A DNA stretch of 64,000 nt, taken from the NCBI RefSeq assembly GCF_000143415.4, contig NW_003314390.1, positions 210,973-274,972 of the forward strand. The letters are read 5' to 3'. Below the pieces are notes generated by a model. That model did no database searches, was not told the origin of the DNA, and worked only from the letters and a program-made list of their open reading frames with translations. The stretch is from Selaginella moellendorffii (taxonomy: Eukaryota; Plantae; Lycopodiophyta). Position 1 is the first letter of the stretch. Every line of letters begins with the position of its first letter. Below are positions 36,736 to 50,628 of this stretch, one piece after another. A program made the translations under genes and the position numbers.

Positions 36736-37924
36736 AATAAAGCTCTTAAATGCTTATCAGGTTGCTTGTCTCTCGACGAATTGGAATGGATTATTCCACG
36801 TCGATTCGAGATTTTTGTGAGGCCGCGAGCTTGATCGGAAAAACTTGGATCAAGTTTAATACATCTCTGAATAGAACCGCTGATTTCTCGTTGGCAAAGG
36901 TAGCAAGGCAGCCATTTGTATGTCATTAAATAAATCCAACTTATAGATTGATATCGCTTGCAAGAGGCGTGCCAGTTTGTTACTTATCTTATTATCTTTA
37001 AGATATCCTTAAATAAATTCAGATATCAAAACTTTCTGTCAAGTTTTTGCTTATTTTGGAGATTGCTTTGACATGCTCCTATGCTTGTGCTAAGCAATAC
37101 AGTCTTACTTCTCAAACCTGGTGTGCGGTCTGGCCGGGCAAAATTGCTGCAGATCAGTGGGAGTAGACTGTTTGTCAAGCACACCATCAGGAATTAAACT
37201 ATATGATTAATATTTGTTATCTTAAAATAGAAAAGTTTGCATATAATTATTGAGATGCGTGGAACTCAATGCTAGGGATCATGGTTTGCTCAGACTGGCC
37301 TGCGTGACTTTTCTGACTCCAGAATGTGCTGTTAAAGACCATATCAGCTGGAATGCTACATTCATAGCAAATACAGATTTTCTTGAATTTTGAGCTAGCC
37401 TGACAATTTTACATTTTCCAAGCATGAAGATGGCAGGTGCATGGGACAACAGCATGAGGATTATGGGAGGATAGTGGGTATCATTGTAGACTGATAATTT
37501 CAACCGTTAGTAACAAAGAGTTTGAGGCTGGAGCAAAGTAGAAGTAAGCTGAACCACAACCCTTTGAAACTTGTATCTTATAGAGGACAGAGTTAAAAGA
37601 ATCTCATTACAGATTGCAAAGACATGGACCCTCTCTTGATCCATGTCTTTAGTTATTAATGTTAATTATTAATCACTATTACTATTAATCAAGGAGAAAG
37701 GTGGTGCTATATTTAGGTACTTCCAATCTATAGTTTTTCTTCTTTTCTTTGACTAGTTAATAAAATTTTTATTATATTAATCTTGTTGCAAACATAGTGT
37801 TAGAAGAAGTATACTATCTGGGTATTTAGACCTCTTAAAAAATAAAGAGGAACTTTTATTATACAGCACTTTCTAATTAGATGATAAAAATACTATTATA
37901 TAATAAAACATTTCAATTCTATTT

Positions 37925-38788
37925 TTAACAATGGGTGTTTGTTGCCCATAATCTTATACTTGGTGAAGTTGATGAATATAATACTAAATTACAATCATTT
38001 TGTAAACTAAGAAATGTTGGTGAAATACAATTAGGTTGTGATTTACAATAAATGTTTATTGACCATTCTACTATGTTTAATTCTGAATACAAAACAAGGT
38101 TACCATCATTTTGTAATCTTAAATAGCATTTTATAGCATTTTCTTTAATAGTTAAAGATTGCCAAAGTTTATATTGTCTTAAATATAAAATTAAGTTACA
38201 ATTCAAATGTAGAAATAAAATGGTTTTAAAGTCTGGAGATGATAAATATTCATTAGAGAATAAAGTATGATGTGGTTTATATTTAGAACCACTGTATAAA
38301 GTACTTTGAAATATATCACAATCCATAATAGATTGTAATCTTTTAGTTTTATAATTAATTTCTTCAGTTTCATAAGAGCCATCTTCACTATAATAAATTT
38401 GATATTTTCTAACAGTTATTATTGCATAATTTGCAGCTTCGGTTAAAATTTGGAATCTATATTTATTAAACAACCTATGAAGTCCATCATACATAGAACG
38501 CCCTTTTATGATATTTGTATTTCCACTGGATGAACAACTTGGAGGTGTACCTCCAAACTGTGATATTTTAATGACTACTATTCCTATTGATAATGGTAAT
38601 GTAGTAGTATGTGACCAAATTGCTGGATAATCACCTTCTCTATCAATATTTGAGATAATAGTGTCTATAGCATTGACAATTTTTTTCATATTACTGTGAT
38701 TTATGGTTTTTTTAATTCCAAATTCAGGTAATGCATTTCCAGTTTGAAAACAAAATGCAAAGAAAATCAAAACTTTAATAAAACACAT
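37925..38788 (-). CDS. Secreted protein with C-terminal bulb-type (GNA/B-) mannose-binding lectin domain
   Basis: 287-aa intronless ORF; hydrophobic N-terminus; QNDGNLVLY and QNDCNLVLY motifs; LWATNT at the end. Confidence 0.8.
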   Translation of the reverse strand: MCFIKVLIFFAFCFQTGNALPEFGIKKTINHSNMKKIVNAIDTIISNIDREGDYPAIWSHTTTLPLSIGIVVIKISQFGGTPPSCSSSGNTNIIKGRSMYDGLHRLFNKYRFQILTEAANYAIITVRKYQIYYSEDGSYETEEINYKTKRLQSIMDCDIFQSTLYSGSKYKPHHTLFSNEYLSSPDFKTILFLHLNCNLILYLRQYKLWQSLTIKENAIKCYLRLQNDGNLVLYSELNIVEWSINIYCKSQPNCISPTFLSLQNDCNLVLYSSTSPSIRLWATNTHC

Positions 38789-40078
38789 TTATTGATATGA
38801 TGCAGCCACACTTTCCATATCCTTCCACCTTTATACCATTTTTTATTATGTCACTATTTGAAGTAAAAAATAGTGAAAAAAGTTTGAAAATTGTTGTTTT
38901 CTTTCATTAAAAAAAGTTTGAGTTCTTTTTTGCTTTTGTCAGGAACTTTTGCTCATTGGGACTGCCAACAACAAAACTTACGTTATTCTTTGTTCAACAT
39001 GTAGTTTATTAGTTGCCAATGTGAATCCAATCTCATTATATTCTCTATTGTTAATCTTGGACGGATCACTACAAAATCCTTATGTGAAATAGCTTTTGGA
39101 AAAATAAAAGGAGACAGATTTTCCTTAGCTCTAGAAAATTATTGTTATGTTTGGAGCAATATAATTGTTTTTCTTTAAGGATGGAGTGTTTGATATTTCC
39201 CATCATTCTCCTTGCTTGTGCCAGCTCCTTGTGGTAGTCCAAGGTGCTATAACCGAAGAAAAGTCTGCTCTCTAACTTACTGATTGCATCCTAGAACTTG
39301 AAGCTATATTGTCATCGATTGATGTATTAGCCTTCGCAGGCGATTTTGTCTCGAGCTGCCAGATTGTTTTTAGGTCCCACCCTGTGACAAAATGGGAAGA
39401 AAGTTTGAGCATCCTCCCATCAGCTAATCGAAGAACTAAGTTGCTCATTGCACGCGGTAAGTATCATTACACAAGCTTAGAATATTTTGGTTATGCTTTT
39501 CAAGCCTTCCATCTCTATGGGAGCCGCATCTGGCCTCTCCAAAGTCATAGATATCATTTGACCACCTGTTAGCAAGAGTATGGCTCTTTGTTACAAAAAG
39601 CCAGTGAAAAAATCCCTAAGTATACTTATTAAAGTGTACATGCAAGTTGAAATACACCCTATTCGGTACATTGTTTTTAAACTTTGAGAAAATTTACCTC
39701 ACTGTAGCCACTCAAACAGCCATTACACCTACCATGGATGCCATAGGTGCTTGCCAATTTTTTGCAGCTTCTAATCAAATTTATATTAACTTATTTGAAA
39801 TCCATCATACCAAGTACGCCTTAAAATTTTAGTTGCATTTCCACTTAATATGACAACTAATAATGGTCGATCAATATTTAGATAATAGAATCTTCCGCAT
39901 TTACATATATCCTTCTCTTGTTCTAAATTCTAAATACTATAAAAAAATTCATTTTCAGGGGCTAATTTTATAACTTATTTTAGTTGAAAAGTATTCTATC
40001 TTTGTGTTTGGTGTTTCCTATGAACTTTTCCAACAAATAAGTGTAACGCTAAAAGGGATATTCTCAGCGTCTATTACT

Positions 40079-41800
40079 GCCCCTTTGATTCGTACCTGGA
40101 TGGCCTGGATTGTCGAGCTCCTGCACCTCTATCCCAATCTCGACCTCTGGAGGCTTCTCGTCGGGAATGCCGTGTTCATCGAGGTATGTAATCTTTGCTT
40201 TTGAATGGATTGATCAGGGATTATCTCATGGATCAAGATCGAAGGCCAAGAGGAGCTGCCAGTCGTAACTCCAGAGGTCCTGGAATTACTCGCCTCGGCT
40301 GACATGGATTGGTTCTCCATTCTAAGCAGCTTGACAGGGAATCCAAAGCTTTGGTACCGGGTGCTCGAGGTGGGCATCCTCGTCTTCTCCAGGACGTGCG
40401 TCTTTGCCCCGCGAAGAACATGGTTCATCGAGTACACTTACGTGATCGATCTCGACACGGGCAGCCTTGCCGTCAACAATGGCTATAATCTCACCAGCTT
40501 CAACATGTCAACTGCATCTCCATGGACGTCCCCTCCGAGTGGATCATCGTCGCGCATGGCTGCCACCCTCGAGTTCTCGCCAAGATGATGGAGCTTGCCA
40601 GTGGCCGCGACAAGACTGTGTGGGACATCGTCCTGGCCAACAAGTTTCCACACATCCGCACCGAAGCTTTGGAGCTCGTCCGCGATCTCTTGCGCTGGGA
40701 GCGGAAAGACGCAGTTATCCAACGAGACAAGAGAACTTGTTTGTTACCGCCTGGGATGCCATGGAATGGATGAACCTGTTCGAGATCTTCCGGTGTCTCC
40801 ACACGTCAACTCTCCAGGAGCTGAGTTCAAGCCGCGCATTACCTCCTCTGGATCCAGAGCTCCAACTATAGAGGAAGTTGTGACAGAGCACAGAACTCTC
40901 GAGCTGAGCGGCAAGCTTGCCAGCCTTCGGGGCCTCCACGCTCTCGTCTTCTACGGCGGAGCTAACTGCGATTCAAAGAGCTGCTGCTTCTAGAGCCCGA
41001 CATGGCCCCGTTTGTGGAACTCGCAAAGATGGTCCTGGTGCTGACCGACTGGGACAACGTTCTTGGCTTCGACCAGGAAACTCGAGAAGTTTGATGCGCA
41101 AGAGCTCGTGAGCATCTCCGCGCTGCCGCTGGATACCGCCCTCTCCCGTCGCTGGAACGTCGGCGACATTGCGAATGCAGCTCTTCCCTGGATTATGAGC
41201 AAGGATGGCAAGCACAGGGTCCTTCTCGCCATGGATCTGGACACTGGCAAGGGAGCCGCGCTCGTCGTCGCCATGGCTGTGGAGCACTTTTAGGAGCAGC
41301 GTCCACAGGTGGAGGTGATTAGCGTCGTCGTTTTTCACGTCATGGACATCCGAGTGAGGCGATCTGAATCTCCTGAGGATCAAGATGGCAGAAAGAAGAT
41401 GCAGATCACGGTGACCTTCTCCACTGCGCTGCCGCTGGTTTCTCTTCGATTGCCATCTTTTTACGCTCATTGCCAAGGAGAGGAGGAGGCGAACCTCGCC
41501 AGGGATGGCTTCGATTGTCTAGTAAGCTACTTGAGGTGGGTTTTCTTCGCGTTTATATGATCGTTAATGTGATCGTCGTGACGGTATCACTCACAGCAGC
41601 AATGAGGAAGAGAACGTCCATGGGCCTTCCTGGACAACGACATCTTATATCGCAGCGCTCATGAGACGATCGAGTGGTTTGCGGTGGCTCTATGGCCTGG
41701 AACCAAGGTCCTGTCCGTCACATCGCCACAGCAGCGGCCAAGGCAGCAAATCAAGGCCCAAATCGCTGGCATTGGTGATTTGCCACTCTTGTTTACGTGA
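40079..41800 (+). pseudogene. Fragmented gene of unknown family (FIEYTYVIDLD motif)
   Basis: GC-rich, coding-like sequence split over several frames; its 3' part is duplicated at 53.3-53.9 kb. Confidence 0.5.
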
Positions 41801-44800
41801 TCACACTACTCTCTCGGAGGTATAATTACTTTTTCCTTTCCATACAATCCAAGTTCGTTATGGCTTGTACCTGGGAAAGCATTAAATATACATATATAAA
41901 TACAAACTCAATCTAAGTTACACAAGGACATGAGATTTCTGATCTCGTTGAGCTCATCTTAGGACACCATTGTCAATCTAAACTATATTCCCTTCATGGT
42001 GTCATTGCCTTTGAATCTCTGTCGGCTTAAGCTTGAGGTCAAAACAGTGAAATGTTGCTTGAACACAGTGCACTCTTGGCATCTTCACCCAGAGCTGTGT
42101 CCTCCACAACAGCAGCTCATCCAGAGGCTGCCTTTTGCAGGCTGAGGATACAAGAAAATGCCCAGAAACAAGCCATCAAAGCAGTGTCATCGGCATCTAG
42201 TGATTGTGGCAAAGCTCCAACTTATGAGGAAGTACCCCAAGCACAGAAGAAACAGATTGCAATAGCAACACGGGCTCAGAAGAAGACCACAGCTGTCCAG
42301 ACAATGCCACCAACGATGCTCCGATGATGCTCATTTACTCCAGTTTTTCCACTTGATCCAGAACACTAAAATGTCTTCCAAGACCAGCCATTTGCAGCAG
42401 GAGACACAGCAGCAAACTCCATCCAATACTTAGTCTCCCTCTCACTCAGAAATCTCTTGTGTGCGGCTTCAGGAATCAAGCAACGATTGAAGGTGATGGC
42501 CAGAGAGTCTGTCCTGGCTCTTTCTCCTACTCCACTAGCACGTTCAGTCCAGGCTTTGAGCACAAGGGCATCCTCAGATCCTGGAGCGTTCATCATTCCC
42601 GCAAGGTGATGAACATGGATTTTACTACAACACTTATCTTTTTGGAGCTTGCCTAATATGTCTGCTTCAACATCTCCCCATACTCCTCAGTTTTGAGCAG
42701 TTGGCATCTGCTATGATATCCCCATCTTTTTGCCTTCTCCAGCACTGTGACTGTGAGCATTCTTCAGAGCCTTTCCCACACTAACACTCTTCAGCCTCCA
42801 GCTGCTAGACAGCTGAACTCTCACATTTCTTCAACATGGACAACGAGGACATGTTTCTACTAGAAGCCTCAAGGCATGGAGCTCTTTTGCAAGCTTGAGC
42901 TACTACTCCTACTGTTGCTGGAGAAGAGTCTTGTACTCTTTGAACTTAGCAAGTAGGTTTTCCACTGATGCAAGTATCTACTCTAGTGTTGGTTGGAAAA
43001 ATTGCTATGGTTTGATAGTGTGAGCACTAGTATAGGGATGCTCTACAAGAGGGCTTTGCATAAGCTCCTTAGTGAAAGACACTCCCAGCTTCCAAAACAT
43101 CTCAAACTTGGCAGCATAAGCATACGTGTTGAGGCATTTTTGTATCATTGCTTCACCACTGAGCTTGCGGCCTTGTTAGATGTAAGTTGAGACGCCAGTA
43201 GTCTCCTCCTGTGTGGCCTTAGAATCTGATATAATTGAAGATTGATTCATTGCCAAAACTAAAAAACATATTGTACAAGCTGCTACAATGGGATCTTATG
43301 AGAGAACATTCTCTTAAAGGACGTGAGCAGTGCCTCAAAGTCTTGTTTCTCCTCTAGCTCTAACACAAGCACCCAACATCGTGCTCAGCCACATATGGAC
43401 TATGAGAATTCTTTGCACTTGGTGATGTCATCCATGACATGGTTGCTGGATCATGAGAATGCAACTATGTGATTGTCCACCAAGATCCTCATGCCTAGCT
43501 CAAAGAGAGACAGCTCCAACCCTTGCTACATAACATGGATGGTCCCATTCCTTGTTGATTTTCTACTATTGATGGTGGTCTGGAACTCTTAGTAGGTCTT
43601 GATTGCCTAATGATACAAATTCCTTGTTTGGTATCTGTGTCAGATGAGGAGGACTCACTTGCCAAGATTGCAGTGTAGTAATCGAACTTGAGGTCTGAGA
43701 CATTATGAGGTCTGAGAACAACACTTTTGTAAACATATGTGGTCCAAACTAGCACGCAAACATTGAATTGCTGCAAATGCCCAATAGTGGAATGAGTGAG
43801 AAGAACCATTCTTAGGATTCTGATGAAGACCTCCTACTGTGGATGTTGGTTTTGCCCTCAAATTGGCTCTATTAATGGCTAGGGCTATACTCTCCACTTT
43901 CAAGAAAAGAACATTGAAAGAAAGCTATGTGAAAATGCTACTCAAACTTGTTGTCACACACAAGACAAAGACAATGGATTTGTATGGATGAAATTCACAA
44001 CCAATTGGGCTTGGACTCAAAACAATGTTCTCTATGCATAGATAAAGAAAATCTAAAAATGCCTTGTGCTTTGCTCTCAAAACAATGGGAAATACTCACT
44101 CACAACAAAGTAACTAGAAACCTCACTGGAAACTAGAGACAAAAATCTATCTAGTATGCATAACAAGGCTGCTCATACAGTATATAGATTTTAGTGTGTT
44201 AAGCTCAAATTTGTGTATAGTTTTCTTATCTAATTTCATATAAATATTTATGGTTTTTGTTAACTCTGGTGCAGCAATACATGTTTTCAAATGGTTATTT
44301 TACATAATTTTTTATAACTCATACAGTGTACAGTTTTTCATATAGTATAGTTCAACAATACATTGTTCAATCCAGTTATCCAAATAGTTTTCTAAAGCTT
44401 GTTCACTATATGATTTTCAATATAGATTATAGTGTAATTAATCCACTGGAAAAGTAAACTAAGTTAGTAAAAGCCATAACATAAACTGGTAGTACACACC
44501 TCATAAAATGCCTACACTCTAGCTGAAGTTATTAAACATATTAAACCTGAAAAACTAAGTATTAAAACCAGTACAAAATCTATATAATTATATATATGTG
44601 TTAGTCTCAAAAGAAATACTTACCTATACCAGTCTATGAAGCAATGAAATCTTTTATGTTTAATAAGCTTTATTTGCAATACTATTTTCCTAATTTTTCT
44701 AAGTTTTACTAACTTTTGGCTTCATGTGTACTTCCACACATCACTGATACTTCTTGTCCCCTAGTGGATATCTTGTATCCAACTTCATCAACTTGAAAAC

Positions 44801-45439
44801 TCACAGTGTGTGGTAGGTGGCATTATATTCAAACATGAAAAAGATTAAAACATCTTTATATTAGAAAGATTAAAACTTACTAAATCATTTCACTCTATAG
44901 TTTTGAACAAAAACTCATAATCTATATGAGTTTTTGAAAATTTAATATTCACTTTCATAAAGTTTAATCTTAACCATTACTTAGAATTGTGGACCAATTT
45001 AAAACTTTTGAATAACATCATAAGTTAGTTATTTCTATTGAGTTTAGGGTTAAGATTTAAAGTGTTTTATCTAGGAAGTAATTCCTTTCCAGCGTGTATA
45101 TAAAGACATTATCATCATGAGCCTTGGGGATAAAGTAGCCATTAAGGGCTTTTTCATTAAACAATTGCCCATTTTCCAGTTGATTTAAAGAGAGAAAGAT
45201 AAAATGCACTACAATTAAACACTAAATTCCTAAATAAATAGATGCTTTCTAAAAAGCTTTACCATAGCAAATCCAATACCCATAATGTCTCTCCTCCTTT
45301 TACTTCTATGTAGGCTAAACCACCAAGAAGTGGCATGAAAATTCCTGGAATATCCTTAAGATTTTTGAAGTAAAATTAAGATTTGCTATGGGAGGTCTAC
45401 CACACTTGAGAATCACCAAGATTCAATATGTGCCACCTA

Positions 45440-48400
45440 AGAAGGGGGAAAAGTCAAGCCCATGTCACTAGCAAATATTTTGCCACTTGGTCAATTGTGC
45501 AGTGAGCTCATCCAAGAATGTGGAAGCACAAAGTTAGCAAGAGTGGTGGTGATCTAGACAGAGATCTAAGGACCCTCTACCACGTACACACACAATTCCT
45601 AACCACTAGTCTCTCTACAGCAAACTTTTTCCAGCCAGCAAAATGTGGTGCCCTATTCCTAGCTCCCAAGATTCATTTAAGTTTGTAGCTATCCTTCGGC
45701 AACTTTAATCTAGTAGGGTCTCTACCAGAACCAAGGCTAGGAGGCATTGTGCCGTGTAAATTCCACTGCATTATCTTTGAGTAAGTGGCAAAAACAAGGG
45801 TAAAGGAAATTAACAAGATGCTAGAATAGAAGAAATCTTGGATGGGCCTAGAGATTCCCACAAAGAAACAAGTATGGAAATCTTTTTACCTCAGCTCAAG
45901 GAGAGATGGTGGAAAAGATTTCAAAAGGTAAGTCTAATTGTTTTTAAGGATTGCTAGGATTATAATGGAGCCCCAAAGATCTGGCAAAGATAAGATTCAC
46001 TTGCTCCCATAGAGGATGAATATGGGTTCTACAACTTAAAAAAGTATAAGCTTGGGTAGAACCTAAAGAAGTAAAATGCAATTGCATCCTAGGTAGTGGC
46101 AGGGTAGTAGATTATGTTATCCAAACATTGGAAATAGTTAAATTCATGTTTGATCAACATGGTATCTAAGGTGTGGCATAATGTGTGAATATTCCCTAAG
46201 AGTCATGGGAGGAGAATTTATACTAGAGGACAGCAAAGATTTGGAGGAAATCTGTGAGAAAGTCGGCTATAAAAAGGAAGGTGACAATAGGGAAGGGTTA
46301 GGCCTTTTTAAAAGCATTTAACAGTGTTTAAAAACATTTAAAAGTGTTCTTAGAATGATTTTAGTGAGCAATGAAGAGATTGTGAGTGCTAATGAGATTG
46401 CACTTTATTTTTAGAATGTTTTGGAGAGCTTTCTTTCTAGCTCACAATTGGCTATTGGCAATAGGTTTTTAGTTGTCTTCCTTAACTCAAATAAAACTTT
46501 TACATCCTCCCGAACGTCCTCAACCTTGCCTTTTGGCTTTCTAGTGGTGTCTTCTAAGTTGTTTCCTAGGTTCAACTCCTCCCTAGATAACTCTTCAAGC
46601 TCTTGCTTAAACTCATCTTCTCCTATTACTTCCCTTTATGCCCGTTGGCAAGTCTTGTATCCTTGACACTAAGGAACATTCATACCTATTATTTTGAGAT
46701 CTTCATTTCCTATTGTAAAGTCTTTTCCTATAACTCTTTCTTTAGGAATCTAACTAACTTAATTGCCTCAATTAGCTTTCCTACATTCACAACTATTCAA
46801 AGTTGCCATGCCATCAGCTCCTGCAATGCAAAACTCTCCTCTAGGATTTGATTATTTTTTTGAACATCTACTAGTGTGTTTTTTAACCAGGTGTTGAACT
46901 CCATAATTTGCTATTTCAATTTTAACTCTCGTTGTCTATGTGCCTTCACCAAATATTGCACAACCTTTAATAGTTCTTGATTCTCATCATGAAGTTGTTG
47001 CACATTAGTGACCTGCTGCATGGCTTTTGTAGTGGCTAACTCTATTAACTCCTTGTTATTGCCTTAGTGTATGGAACCCAACTCATAGTGACTCAAGTCT
47101 AGTTATGAGATAAGAGGTATTTTGCTATGATTTGAGAGATGCAAGGATATCCCTAGATCACCAACTAAAGATGGAATGCTTCTATCTCTAAGTATGCTTA
47201 CAAAATTTTCATAGGTTAGCTATAAAAGAAATATTCCCAACCCTTGTTGTCTTTATACATAGAAGGACAAATTCTAAATATCCTTTAGTAACTCTTATTT
47301 CTCATCTTAGAAATTGTCTTTAACACATTTAAGAGTTAGTTTTGCTACCTCATTATTTAGCAACCAACTCTCCCCATAACCCAATTTTAAAGCTTTTTTT
47401 GCGCTCTTTCTTTTTTATTCCCTTTTTTAGAGACTTTTTAGTCTCATCATTCTTCACACTTGCTCCTACTTTACTCTCCTTTATAAGGAATGGTCTTCTT
47501 TTGCTAATTTTCTCATACTATAAAGAAATCAATTTAATTCTTCACTTCTTCCTAACATGGGTATCACCATGTTTCCAGACAAACTTTTTCATCAAGCACC
47601 ACATACTAAGCCACCACTCTTTAGACTATGTATCCTTATGTCTTCTAGAGGTTTGTGCCCTTACATTGATTTCTTCTCTCTATTATGTTTTTTTTGAAGA
47701 AAATCCTAATAGAAAGGTGGAATTTTTTTTTTTGGATAGCACAAAGGTATTATGCTATCCTTGCCACCCTTAGGATGTAGTGTTAATTGCATCCTATATA
47801 TCCACCTATTCCTTCTTGCATATTTGTTATAACTTTGCACTATTAATCATAAATTCCACCCATTTCCACTTGTAGGGAATTTTTGTTCTTTACCACCCTT
47901 TGTGGCCATTTGAGGCATCCCCACCAAATTCTTAAAATGACCTTATTAATCTTTTCTAAACTACTCTGATTTCATAAAAGGGCACTTCAAATGCCTCACT
48001 TTAGGAAATTACAAATCCCTAATCTAGGTATTCCTTACTTCTTCCATGGATCAAATGTTAAATCAACTCATATTTAGGATAAAAGCACGTGTTGTGATGC
48101 ATACTCCCTCCACATAACTTCTTTGCAACAACTTCTTTTGCAATCTTTTTTTAGTTTACTGATTTTATTGCCTTGCTCACCCTAGGAATCTCTATCTCAT
48201 ATAAACATTCTCGGAATTTAAACTCAACTACCTGTGTTACTACCTATGCATATGACTCTTGTAAAATATTCTTCATATGATCCCTCAATAGAGTCCTCAA
48301 TCCCTCCATAAAATACTCCTTGAGACACCAATCAGTCATTATAAATTGCCCCAACTGCATTACAAGCTAGCTTAGGGCATCTGCAAAAGTTCGGATAGTT

Positions 48401-50505
48401 CCATTGTCCTTTTGAGTCCTCGTGGCAAACTCATATAGGAGTTTTTGACTATCCAAACTAAGAAAACAATCTCCAAACTTTCACTCAAACTAGTTGAGCC
48501 CAATCTTGCATCCTTTTGGATGCCCTAGGAATCTTCCTTTGAAGAATTCTACCAAACCCTGGTTAATCCAATGGACATTGAACTTCAAGTCTATAGCAAA
48601 GTGGTGTAGGCTAACTAACTATTCACTTATTTTGTTGTAAAAGGGGTTTACCAACTAGTCTTAATTCTCATTTAGTTTGCCATCTCCTTTGAAGCTAGGC
48701 AATTTGAACTTGCTAGAGATAGTGGCATCTCATTCACATGGTGTAGCAAGACCTCTTAATCCTCTAAACATCCTAGGAGGATGTATTAGTGGTCCTTTAT
48801 GAGTAGATGCTCCAAATATAGAGTTATAGACAGTTGGGATATAAAAAATTTCCTTCTAGTGAACGCTTAAGTATTTACTCAATTTAGTTCTTCTATACCT
48901 CGACCAAAACAAAAGTTCCTCTATCAAAAGATCTATAGACATCCCCCAAGTCCCCTTAGCCCCTTGAGTTGCTAGTTGATTGGTCCTTAATGTGGATGTC
49001 TTGCCTCTTAGTCTTGTCTTTTTTTAAACTTTCTAAATGACTTGATGGTAGGGACTATGATCTTTGTCCTCATAGCCAAATTTTCATAATTTCATCCACT
49101 TCCACTTGGAACTTTCTATTGTGAAACTATTTCATCCTCTACTTCTTTTGTTAAATTTTGGTTAAAATTCATCTTTTTCTTTTGTAAGGCTCTTTATCCC
49201 TATGGAAGGAGGTGAAATCATCATGTGATAGCTCTCTTAGTGCACTACAAATCCTTGATTTTAAAATTCTTCCTCATCAAAGAATCCAATGCTTAACCAC
49301 ACTCTATGATTGTTTGAGGCCTTCTTGGCGGCTCTTGGAAAGCTAGGGAGGTCCTTAGCATTTCTTCAAAGCCTCTTGGTAACCAAGTTTTTGGTGTGGC
49401 TGCTATTAGTGACACTATTGCTTACAAATCTATTGGAAGTTGGATAAAATCCTTTTGCCACTTCCTTCTTGGCCTGTTCTTCCTCATCAGTCTACTTAAG
49501 TATATCACTCAAGTCTCCTCTAAGAATCTTTTAGCCCTCTAAGAGTCAAACTCCCTCCTTCTATTCAACAAGATATTCCTTCTTAAGAATCTTGGAGATT
49601 CTTTTATTATTCCTGGAAAAGATAAAAAATCTTTCTATTTAGTCACTCCCTATAGGACATGTATTTTCTACTACCCTTTGATACCAAAGAAGGGGGAATA
49701 GTTGAACTCATCTTTATTAACCTACATCACAAATGGATATTTTGCCACATGGCCAACTATGTAGCAAGCTCATCCAAGAACACAAAGTCAGCAAGAGTGC
49801 CAATGATTTAGACAAAGATTTAAGGACCCTTTACCATGCACACATATAATTTCTAATTGCTAATCTCCCCACAACATGATTCAGGAAACCTTACTCAGTT
49901 AGCCAACAAAAGCTAGTGCTTTATTCCTAGCCTCTAAGATTCATTTTGGTTTGCAACTATCCTCTAACCATTTCAATATAGCAAAGTCTTTACTAGAACT
50001 AAGGCTAGAAGGTGTTGTGTTGTGTAAATTCCACTATTTTGCGCCCATGGGAGAATCTAATAAGTTGTGAGAGAAGTAAATAAAGATTACTTGACAGAAT
50101 TGCTAAGGGACACTTTATTGCTAATGCTCGATCATGAGTTACAAAAAAAAGTCTCCAAAACTCATGAAAAACAAAGTGCAATCTCACTAGTATTCACAGT
50201 CTCCTCACTATTGACTAAAATTACTTTAAATTTTAAACATTGTTAAATGTTTTAGAAATGGGGTGAAGCCCAACTTAACCCTTCTTTGTCATTGCCCTTG
50301 TAGATTTACTTTAGATATCTACTATCTTCTATTGTAAATTGTCTTCCCACACCTCCCAAGGAATATCCAAACATCTCTATGTCACACTCTAGATGTTACA
50401 TCAATCAAACATAACTTCAACTGTTTCCAAAGTTTAAACAATGCAAATACAAACTACCTCCCCACATGCACAAAGACTTCGAATTAATTACACATCTATT
50501 CTTCT
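45440..50505 (-). mobile_element. Degraded LTR retrotransposon (gag remnant, diverged LTRs)
   Basis: Diverged direct repeats ~45440-45780 and ~49688-50035 (GCTCATCCAAGAA...TAAGGACCCT...GTGTAAATTCCACT); PBS-like TGGTATCAAAG on the minus strand at ~49676-49686; gag-like RTQKDNGTIRTFADAL near 48.4 kb. Confidence 0.7.
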
Positions 50506-50628
50506 TCTTTGCTGGTTCAACCAAAACACGCACACTAAAACTTTCTGGAAACGAGAGAAGAAGAAGAAAAATAAGAAAAATAAAAAGGAGTACTCTAGGG
50601 TTGCAAGATGTGGAGGGCTGTCAGGCGC

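Noticed and set aside
37618-37650. Short inverted repeat AAAGACATGGA...TCCATGTCTTT as a Helitron end near the lectin gene
   Set aside because: Only an 11-bp stem, with no convincing CTRR terminus or matching 5' end
41970-44150. Degraded minus-strand coding-like region
   Set aside because: Probably a TE accessory remnant, but no recognisable domain or termini
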